This document shows positions 40,136 to 49,300 of a stretch of DNA of 55,514 nt, piece by piece. The position numbers and the translations under genes are program-made. The stretch covers positions 1 through 55,514 of the forward strand of contig CAWBPM010000001.1 in NCBI GenBank assembly GCA_963790825.1. Direction: 5' to 3'. The notes under the pieces were generated by a model, which was given only the letters and a program-made list of their open reading frames with translations, was not told where the DNA came from and ran no database searches. This DNA is from Candidatus Levyibacteriota bacterium (GTDB lineage: Bacteria > Patescibacteriota > Microgenomatia > Levybacterales > UBA12049). Every line of letters begins with the position of its first letter. Within the stretch, counting starts at the first letter, position 1.

Positions 40136-43100
40136 CTATATAACGAAGTTAATAATTTTACCGGGAATATAGACAATTTTTTTAACCGTTTTTTTTCTGA
40201 GATAGCGTGATACACCTTCCTGGATACTTGCTAACTCTTCTATCTTTTTTTGATTTGACAGCTCGTTTACTTCTGTCATCAACGTTCCTCTCAGCTTTCC
40301 ATTAATCTGTATCGCCATCGTCACAGTAGATTTTTTAAGAGCCTTCTCGTCAAAAGATGGCCAAACGCTGGTGTGGATCGAAAACTTCTCTCCTAGCCGC
40401 TCCCAGAGCTCTTCAGCTATATGCGGAGAGAAGGGCGCAATCAGTTGCAAAAAAGTTTTTGCTTCTTCATGGTTAATGCTGTCTTCTTTTGCGAGAAAAT
40501 TGTACCAGGACATTAATTTCGCAATTGCTGTATTAAAGCGCAGCGCCTCTATATCTTCAGTCACACCTTTTATCGTTTCGTTTTGCATCAATATCCCCTT
40601 CTGACTCGAACTAATTTCATAAGAGATATTTCGGGTTTCGAACAGTTTCCATACTCTCTTTAAAAACCTACTCATAGCTTCAATCCCACTGTCTTTAAAG
40701 TTTCCTTCCTCGCTAAATGGACCTAAGAACATTAAATATGTCCGAAGTGCGTCTGCCCCAAATTTTTTAATGTACAAATCCGGAGTGACAATGTTTCCCT
40801 TACTCTTACTCATCTTAGCTCCTTCCTTAATAATCAAACCATGCGCGTAAAAACGGGTAAACGGTTCCTCAAACGTTATTAAACCAAGGCCGTGAAAAAC
40901 CATTGTCAAAAATCGTGCGTATAAAAGATGCAGCACTGCATGCTCAGCCCCGCCAATACATATATTCACCGGTAACCATTTTTTTACCCGCTCCCTATCA
41001 AATACTTCACTATCTATATCAGTTGAGGTATAACGAAAGAAGTACCAGGCACTATCAAGAAACGTATCTGAAACATCGGTTTCACGACGGGCCATTTCAT
41101 GACACTCAGGGCACTTCGTTTCATAAAAGCTGGAATAATGATCAAGCGGCGCCCGTCCTGTCCCAAGCGGTTTATAATCCTCAATGTAAGGAAGCGTAAC
41201 AGGAAGATTTTCCTCAGGATACCAGCCCGCACTATTCCAGTCTTTTGTTTTTAACCCCTGTTGACTTAGCCACCCTTTGTTTTGTTTTGCACAATTTTCA
41301 CAGTAAATCATCGGGATCGGTGGTCCCCAATAACGCTGCCGTGAAATTAACCAATCGCGCAAGTGATATGTCGTTTTCCGCTGTCCAATTCCCTTTCCTT
41401 CAAGAGATTCAATAACTTTTCCAAGTGTCTCTGGAATAAACAAACCATTCCACTCTTCTGAATTAACGATCACACCTTCCCCTATATAAGGCTCATACCC
41501 CATCATGAGAAAATCGGCTTTATCATTCCAGCGCAAATTTAATCCTTTTTTAAGAGCAACATCTCTTTTTTGCTTGCAAAGCATATCCCTGCTCATTGTC
41601 CAAATCGGAAGAGTTTCAAATTCTTTTAGTTCAAATACGGTTTTAAAGGTATACTTATCTTCGTAAGGTTCTGCTTGACTTAACCATTCAAATTTACCAT
41701 TCTCTTTTAACCTTAAAGTAATAAAATCTATATAAATATCTTGCTTTGTAGCCTGGAAATAATATTTAGCATTTTTATCATCGGGAAACATATTTGATAT
41801 TGTAAAACCCTTTTCTTTAAGCCTCTCCTTCCACCAGTCCGTATCCTCTTCAAAGATAAAGAGATCTAAATCTTCATTCTCTCTAAATTGTTTCCCGACT
41901 TGTATAGCAACTGCCCAACCACCCCAAATGGCAATTTTCTTACCTGTTTTTTTTGCTGTCTTTAATATGTCAATTAAAACTTCTTTATGAAGATTAGTTC
42001 TTTTTTCATAGTAAGATTTTGCATTTTCATCCACATACTCTCTTTGAGGCAGAATTACAGGTTTAATCGGCAAATTGAATTTCTTCGCGAATTCAAAGTC
42101 GCGTTCGTCGTGCCCGGGAACTGCCATAATCGCACCAGTACCGAAGTCCATCAATACATAATCAGATATCCAGACAGGAATTAGTTCATGATTGACGGGA
42201 TTCTCGGCATACAAACCGGTAAACACTCCAGTTTTTTCTTTTTCCTCTCGTCTTTCTTCACTGGACTTTTGTTTGCTCAGCAAAATATATTTCTCCAGCT
42301 TTTCTCTATCTATTTCTTTACCTTTTGATATGGTTTGAAGTATTTCTCCAACTGCCGGATGCTCTGGAGAAAGGACTAAAAATGCTGCGCCGAATAATGT
42401 ATCCGGCCTGGTCGTAAAAACTTTTATTTTGAATTTTGAATTTTGAATTTTGAATTCTATTTCCGCCCCATCCTTCTTGCCAATCCAAGCCCGTTGGGCA
42501 GTTTTTACTTTTTCAGTCCAATTAATATGGTCTAGATTATGCAGAAGTTTATCTGCATAATTGGTAGTTCTGAAAAACCACTGTTCCAGATCTCTTTTTT
42601 CTACCTCAGTCCCGCATCGCTCACAAACCCCGACAGTTACCTCATTTAATTTTTCTTCATTCGCTTTGGATTTTGTAAGCACTTGCTCATCTGATAAAAC
42701 AGTTTTGCATGATGGACAAAAATTCACCGGAGCTTTCTTTCGGTATGCCAATCCTGCCTTAAAAAGCTCTGTGAAAATCCATTGCGTCCAGCGATAATAC
42801 CCGGGCTTCCATGTTTCAACTGTTCGCGACCAATCAAACGAATTACCAATCGCATGCATCTGGCGATAAAAATTCTCTTCGGATTTTTTCGCTTGCTCCA
42901 TTGGATGACTGCCAATTTTTAATGCGTAGTTTTCTGAGTGAATTCCAAATCCATCAAGACCAATTGGTTCAAAAACATCATTTCCTCTCATCCTCATAAA
43001 ACGACCATAGACGTCTGGTCCGGTCTGAGCAAACACATTTCCTACATGTAAACCTTCGGCTGAAGGGTAAGGAAACATCATAAGATTATAAAACGGCTTT

Positions 43101-43228
43101 TTAGCAAGCGTTAAATCCGGTTGATAGATCCTTTCTTTTAGCCATTTAGCTTGCCATTTCAGCTCAATCTCAAATGGTTGATATTCTGTTTTCTGCGTTT
43201 GCGGCTGTCTTTGATTGACTTTCTTCAT
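40136..43228 (-). CDS. leuS: Leucyl-tRNA synthetase with a ~170-180-aa extra domain inserted after the editing domain
   Basis: PYPSAEGLHVGNV (HIGH), KMSKSKGN, RDWLISRQRYWGPPIP and AVPGHDERDFEFAKKFNLPI. It is 1030 aa versus roughly 800-880 for typical bacterial enzymes. Confidence 0.95.
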   Translation of the reverse strand: MKKVNQRQPQTQKTEYQPFEIELKWQAKWLKERIYQPDLTLAKKPFYNLMMFPYPSAEGLHVGNVFAQTGPDVYGRFMRMRGNDVFEPIGLDGFGIHSENYALKIGSHPMEQAKKSEENFYRQMHAIGNSFDWSRTVETWKPGYYRWTQWIFTELFKAGLAYRKKAPVNFCPSCKTVLSDEQVLTKSKANEEKLNEVTVGVCERCGTEVEKRDLEQWFFRTTNYADKLLHNLDHINWTEKVKTAQRAWIGKKDGAEIEFKIQNSKFKIKVFTTRPDTLFGAAFLVLSPEHPAVGEILQTISKGKEIDREKLEKYILLSKQKSSEERREEKEKTGVFTGLYAENPVNHELIPVWISDYVLMDFGTGAIMAVPGHDERDFEFAKKFNLPIKPVILPQREYVDENAKSYYEKRTNLHKEVLIDILKTAKKTGKKIAIWGGWAVAIQVGKQFRENEDLDLFIFEEDTDWWKERLKEKGFTISNMFPDDKNAKYYFQATKQDIYIDFITLRLKENGKFEWLSQAEPYEDKYTFKTVFELKEFETLPIWTMSRDMLCKQKRDVALKKGLNLRWNDKADFLMMGYEPYIGEGVIVNSEEWNGLFIPETLGKVIESLEGKGIGQRKTTYHLRDWLISRQRYWGPPIPMIYCENCAKQNKGWLSQQGLKTKDWNSAGWYPEENLPVTLPYIEDYKPLGTGRAPLDHYSSFYETKCPECHEMARRETDVSDTFLDSAWYFFRYTSTDIDSEVFDRERVKKWLPVNICIGGAEHAVLHLLYARFLTMVFHGLGLITFEEPFTRFYAHGLIIKEGAKMSKSKGNIVTPDLYIKKFGADALRTYLMFLGPFSEEGNFKDSGIEAMSRFLKRVWKLFETRNISYEISSSQKGILMQNETIKGVTEDIEALRFNTAIAKLMSWYNFLAKEDSINHEEAKTFLQLIAPFSPHIAEELWERLGEKFSIHTSVWPSFDEKALKKSTVTMAIQINGKLRGTLMTEVNELSNQKKIEELASIQEGVSRYLRKKTVKKIVYIPGKIINFVI
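42427..42454. repeat. Perfect 4 x TTTTGAA heptanucleotide tandem repeat inside the leuS coding sequence
   Basis: Read directly: ttttgaa ttttgaa ttttgaa ttttgaa. It encodes ...EFKIQNSKFKIK... on the minus strand. Confidence 0.95.
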
Positions 43229-43235
43229 ACACAGA

Positions 43236-43244
43236 AGTATAGCA
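43236..43244 (-). promoter_or_regulatory. Extended -10 element TGCTATACT 7 nt upstream of the leuS ATG (possible leaderless transcript)
   Basis: The reverse strand reads TGCTATACT-TCTGTGT-ATG. Confidence 0.45.
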
Positions 43245-43389
43245 TAGCTTACTTCCTGAAAAAAGTATTCTCAATAAATGATTTTGATTGATCTATTTAG
43301 ATAGTTTTATTGTAGAACTTCTCACACGAAAAAAAGGTAGATAAGCTTGTTTTTTCTCTTTAAATCGCCTACTATAAAAAGCACGACCT

Positions 43390-44097
43390 ATGTTGCCTTT
43401 CCCAATGATCATTTTCTCTATATCTGTACTATTTCTAAATCCTATTAAAGTTTACGCATATACCATGAGTAACGACCAACTCATTCTCCAGATGGGAAAT
43501 ATAAATTCTTCGACACGTCCTCAAAATGCGATGCCTACAGAAAGCGAGGTTTCAGGACAAAATCAGGTTTTGGGAAATAATTACACTATTTCTTTCGGTC
43601 TCTCTTCAAATACCAAGCAGAGTTTAACCTTTAATTTCTCAAATCCAGTTATTGATTTTGGACCGCTGTCAGGTATCAATCCCATTACTAGAACTGCAAC
43701 TTTTTCAATCACCTCTCTTTTTCCTTCAGAGGTTATGGCTCAAGAAGATCATGAGCTTGTGAACCAAAACGGAGATAAAATTCCCGACACAACCTGCGAT
43801 AATGGTACATGCAGCGAAGATTCCGGATCTACCTGGACAAGCGCACTAACATATGGATTCGGATTCAGATGTGATAACCTGATGGGTAATCTTTGCGCCA
43901 GTCTTTTCCAAACCGCGAATACTTTCTCCCAATTTGCTAATCAAGAAAAAGCTGAGCAGGAAGAAATATTGGCAAAAACTAATGGAAGCAGAATTATGCA
44001 GAAAGGCCAGATTACATATGAGCTAAACATCTCCGGCACTCAACCTAAGGGAATATACGAGAATACCATAAGCTATATCGCTATGCCTGAGTATTAA
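43390..44097 (+). CDS. Secreted protein, tentatively WxL-like cell-surface protein
   Basis: Signal peptide. The C-terminal GIYENTISYIAMPEY resembles the terminal G.Y..TLTW.L...P motif of WxL domains, with Tyr in place of Trp. Family call is tentative. Confidence 0.6.
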   Translation: MLPFPMIIFSISVLFLNPIKVYAYTMSNDQLILQMGNINSSTRPQNAMPTESEVSGQNQVLGNNYTISFGLSSNTKQSLTFNFSNPVIDFGPLSGINPITRTATFSITSLFPSEVMAQEDHELVNQNGDKIPDTTCDNGTCSEDSGSTWTSALTYGFGFRCDNLMGNLCASLFQTANTFSQFANQEKAEQEEILAKTNGSRIMQKGQITYELNISGTQPKGIYENTISYIAMPEY

Positions 44098-44101
44098 TAA
44101 T

Positions 44102-45091
44102 ATGCTTCAACTTTTTTTACCCTTCTTCTTTGGTCTTTTTCTTGCTGGCAGTAGTTATCTATTTCTGCCAGATCATTACGTTTATGCTGACAACACAATA
44201 TTTAATTTATCTCCTACGCTGATTAGTATTAAAACTAAGTCTCCTGCGGATATTAATTTTCCATTGCATATAGAGAATCTCAGTAATGGAGACGTTGTAC
44301 TTGAAGTTATACTGAGACCATTTACTCCGGGCAAAACAGAAGGAGTTCCCCAAGTATATATCAATTTCAATAATGATTTACTTCTGCGAAAAATAGAAAT
44401 AAAAGATTCTAGTCAAATGGTCATAGATAAAGAGCTGAAGCTCGGTCCGAAAAGCAAAAAGACGCTTATAGTTCATATTCCTGTCTCTGGGTCTGATCCG
44501 GAAAGCGATCATTATTTCTCGATATTTTTTATTACTGAACCTCCTAAGCCTCCTGAGGTAATTTCTCAGGACATACAAGCCTCAAGCCTGATCCGTACAG
44601 GCGTAGCAGCTACAGTTTTATTGTCGATAAATGACCATGAGTCTGAATCTGTAATGGTTTCCGATTTTACAACCAATTCTTTCATTCAGCATGGACCGGT
44701 ACCGTTTCGGGTTTTAGTCACTAACAAAGGCAGACATTTTGTTAGATTAAATGGACAGGTTGGTATTAAAAATATATTTGGTCAGGAAATTGGTAGTATC
44801 TCTCTACTTCCGGCAAATATTTTGGCAAATAGTTCACGTACTCTCAGTAGTGAAAGTAGCCACGATTCAAACCTGGATAATCTCCAGAACCAAGCTGTCA
44901 TATGGGGTGAAATCTTTCTTCTTGGACCATACACCGCGACACTTAGCCTTGTAAATCCAGATGGTACTATCGTTCTCGAAAAAACTACTCATTTCTTCGC
45001 TTTTCCCTATGGATTTGGATTGGGAATAGTCTTAATAATACTTCTGATTGGATTTCTTATATCCCGAGTGAAGAAAAAACTATCTTCTTAG
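44102..45091 (+). CDS. Surface protein with signal peptide and C-terminal TM anchor, tentatively DUF916/DUF3324-like partner of WxL proteins
   Basis: Signal peptide, two beta-rich halves, and a C-terminal FGLGIVLIILLIGFLISRVKKKLSS anchor with a basic tail. The start is 4 nt after the preceding stop. Confidence 0.6.
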   Translation: MLQLFLPFFFGLFLAGSSYLFLPDHYVYADNTIFNLSPTLISIKTKSPADINFPLHIENLSNGDVVLEVILRPFTPGKTEGVPQVYINFNNDLLLRKIEIKDSSQMVIDKELKLGPKSKKTLIVHIPVSGSDPESDHYFSIFFITEPPKPPEVISQDIQASSLIRTGVAATVLLSINDHESESVMVSDFTTNSFIQHGPVPFRVLVTNKGRHFVRLNGQVGIKNIFGQEIGSISLLPANILANSSRTLSSESSHDSNLDNLQNQAVIWGEIFLLGPYTATLSLVNPDGTIVLEKTTHFFAFPYGFGLGIVLIILLIGFLISRVKKKLSS

Positions 45092-46372
45092 CTTCATAAT
45101 TATGGATGGCACTAACCTATGTTAATTGCGACGAAGCTTTTGTACTAAGATATGTCTAGACCTACTTGACATAATATAATTAGATCCGGCATTTCAGGAA
45201 ATGTTTCCCGAGAGTATCTCAGCATCAAGAAGGAAAACTGATTAGAAAGATATTTAGTATGAATACTCTTTGTTTTTTTGTTTCTTAAAGAAAATGGCTA
45301 GGTGTAAAAAAGTTCTATATTCTCGATGCTCAATAGGTTAATCGATTTCAGAACGTATTAACAGCGCAATTAAATTACGTATATAGTATATAGAGTGTTT
45401 CGAGGCTAAATCAAGCTTTAGGATAATTCAAGATAATGGGTATAGATATATAGAAAGGTTACTTGTTGTAAAATATTTCTTGAATTTAAATTGAGCTGGT
45501 TTTACAATCTAATAGTAACGATTGCAAGAGGTAGCAGACGACATGCTTGTTTGTTAAAAATATATCTTTTGCTCAATAAATATTAATTCAGAAAAATTTG
45601 ATTTACAATAAATCTTATATTAAAGAATAGGTCGATAAAAAACCGAGAGAAGTATAGAAATTTATCTCTTTTACAATTTTTTTTCTAGCCAACATTATCT
45701 TTATATCGATAAAATCTCTTATATGAAAAAGTGAGCAATGAATTTAAATGAAGGATAATTTTAATTCAATGTATCTTCATCGATAAATGTACATTGTGTC
45801 ACTAGAAAGTATTAATTAGTAAAGGTGCTCCTAGTTATTAATTTTCTTTTATGCAAGCAAGTTTTTGTATTATATTCGTGATTTCTTTTAAATCAAGGCT
45901 AATTGATGCTTTTATATATCTTTAGATATAATCTAATTAATTATCGGGTGTATTCAATAAAGTAGTATTTTACTAGAACTAACTGTATTTTAATTTTTTC
46001 AGATTATTATTTTCACACTTTTTCTCTTTTTTTTCGTATCTTTAGACTATCAATTAATATCTTATGCCATCATCACTTTACTTCTATAGGATATTGACAT
46101 AATCAATTAAACTCGTTTAGGCTGTAATAAGGTATGAAAAATTTAAGTCTTTCTTTTTTTGATAATCGGTATAATCCGTATAATCTCGAAGCTATCTGTC
46201 TAGAAGCTATATTGTGAAATTAATTAGAGATAAATATTTGCCTTGTGAAAATGCGGTTTTCATTTGCTTAAAAAGCAAATACTTATGCAATCAATATTTA
46301 AACAGAGAAAATAGGATGAGATTGACTAGTATTAATTACAACATAAGTATTCAAAGAGAATCAAGTTAATCT

Positions 46373-49300
46373 ATGAATGCTATTTTAAATAACTTCAAAA
46401 ACTATTTACTATCAGGATCAGAAGGATCAGCCAAAGCAACAATAAAGAATTACCTAGCTGATATTCGTAAGTTCATATTCTGGTACGAAAAGCAGTTAGG
46501 GAAGTCGTTTGCCATATCTGATGTCACTCAGCAAATAGTAAATGAATACGAAAAGAGCCTAAAAATAGATGCAGAGAGTGCCAAAATAGCAGAAAGCAGT
46601 GTAGAGCGCTATACATCTTCTCTTCGTAAATTTCTTCAGTACGCTCAGAAGGAGGGGCTGATTTCCTGGACATTAAGTTATTCCACAGCCTTAGCAGGAG
46701 AATCAAAAGATATCTGGCATCTTAAGTCATTTCAGAATTTTCTTTACCGGGAAAAAACATCACCTCTTACTATAAAAAACTATATCAATGACGTTAAACA
46801 ATTTCTATCTTGGGTCACCGCAGTCTCCTGGGTGGAAACCAGTTGGAAAATAAAAGAGAAAAATATTTTTGCCAAAATTGATAACATGCTTATTAAGGAG
46901 TACAAATCGCGCCTCTTTTACGAAGCGCGGCTTTCCCCGCTTTCAATCAATCGGAAGCTATCTTCTGTCAGGCGTTTTTGTCTTTGGGCACAGCAAAATG
47001 GTTTACTCGAGAAAAACATCAGTATTTGTAGTTCTAATGTCAACCCTAAAATGATTACTTCTGAAAATCTGAAAACAATTGCTTTATCTGAGTACCCTCA
47101 CGCAGCCTCGTCTTCGCAGATGACAGATTTATCTTCGAAAGTACGGTCAAAAAAAGCCTATTCTTCTTTTCCTCCATTTAGATTCTGGCAAAAGACATCT
47201 CGGGGAATCAATTTCCTTGTCGATTATACACTGGTATTGGGAATTGTTAGGGTTATTGAGGCTACGGGACATGTTATCTGGATTATTTCAGGAAAAAATA
47301 TTTTCCAAGACAACGCAAGTGTATTTTATCAGGGAAAACTTGGACGATTATATTTGAAGAACAAAGCGAAAGGCAAGCAGGATTATCGATCATTTCTACC
47401 AATTGCTAATGTTAAAAAGGAAATTTACGCTCCTCTTGGCATCTCAATCAAATATCTCCCTTTGTATAAAAGATTCTTTTATCATCTTCGCCATTCCCGA
47501 CCTGAATGGTATAAAAGATATCATTCCTATACATTATCTCACTATCTTCATTTGGGAATTTTTATTATTTGCGTGTCTGTAGTAGGCATAAAAGTTGCAA
47601 ATGTCTTAGCACAAGAGCCACTTCAAGTGCTACGTACTCCGCTTTTACCGATTTCTCAAGCTCCACCCAGAATTTTATCTTTTAAAGAAAAATTGACAGA
47701 TATCAGTGGCAGACCAATAACCGCAACAACGAAACTGCGGTTTGCTCTTTATAATGATCCTGCAGCTTCGGGATCGGCATTAATCTGGCAAGAAGTACGA
47801 GACGTACAACCAAATATTGACGGTTTATTTACTGTTGATTTGGGAAAGGATACAACACTTCCTGTAAGTATATTTACGCAAAACCCCAGCCTCTATCTGG
47901 GAACCACGATAGAGAATCAATCGGAGCTTGCTCCACGTCAACCAGTAGCAACACAAACGTATGTCGAGGATAGTCAAACTGTGCAGGGACTCTCCCCGAT
48001 CACCCAGTTTGGAGCAGGAGAAAAAAATGTGCTTTTGACTCTCGATTCAACAGGTAATTTAACAATTGGAGATAATGCATCTCCTACTTTTGAGGCTACG
48101 GGTGGACAGTTTCAATTGTCGGGTCAAGGACTGCTTTTAACGACTGGGACCGGATCAAACACCGATATCACTCTTGCTCCTGATGGACTGGGAGAAATTG
48201 ATGTGCAAAAACCACTTTATAACAGCAATAATTTTACTCTCCCCGGAGCAACCCCAGGCTCCCTGCAGGTCAATGACTCACTATCAGTACTAGCCTCAAC
48301 CAGCGCGTATCCTGTGCTTAATATTGTTCAGACGCTGGCAGGACCATTGATTGCTGCTTCATCGAGCGGATCAACAAAATTTAGTGTTGATTTTCTCGGC
48401 GCAGGCTTTTTTGCAGACAATCTGACAGTCAATGGTGGCAATATCACAACCAATCAAACTACAGCAAGCTTATTTAGCAGCAATGCGATTAATCTAAATA
48501 TTGGGCATGATGCAAGTGCGTTGTCTTTGGGTGCTGAGACTGGTGTTGCAACGATTAATAATGCTGAGACTGATGTAGCAGGAAATTTTACTATTCAAGG
48601 AACAAGTGGCCAAACAATAACCGGGGCTGGAGCAGGAATCTTTTTCTCCGGTAATGGCACGCACGTAATCTCTGCGGGGTCAGGCACCCTTACACTCGGA
48701 CAAGCTCAGATAAATGGCAATCTTACGCTAGCTGATAATACTGCTATTTTGCCTTCCACAAATAATGGAAATGATAATTTAGGCTCTTCTGATAATCCAT
48801 TCAGAACGCTTTATGTAAATAATATTGTTTCTCCTGCATTGTCTCAAGCTGCAAATTATCTCCAGTCACAAAATGGCTCCCTTTTTCCGATAAACCCAAC
48901 AAATGATTTTCTACTCGGCGGAAACGCAACCAGCTCAGCTTTATGGCAGGTATTTGGTTCAGGACTAAACGCCGGCACAGCTTCAAGTTCGGGAAATTTG
49001 ACCTTTATCCATCCAACTACAACTATTTCTGAACTTAATGGCGGTAGTTTAAACTTCCAGGTTTCACCCGGTGGAGATAGCTTAGCTAGTTCTGCTCTCT
49101 TCATTGCGCAATCCGGTAATATTGGTATTAATACTATTCATCCGGATTTCAAATTAGACATTCAGGACTTCCAAATAGCCACAGCCGCTGCCCAGATATA
49201 TAACACAAGCGAAGGAGTAGACGCTGATGGATTACTAGTAAAACTGGGATATACAGGAAACGGAACTCAACCTACTTCGGCTAATGGCTATATTGGAAAT

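Noticed and set aside
41486-42043. Intein in leuS
   Set aside because: The insert lacks the nucleophilic residue and terminal His-Asn at its boundaries, and it lacks homing-endonuclease motifs. It looks like a fused domain, not a splicing element.
46373-47010. Tyrosine recombinase or integrase marking a mobile element
   Set aside because: Only the N-terminal SAM-like domains are present. The catalytic R-H-R-Y domain is absent and the ORF continues into a membrane/fibre protein.
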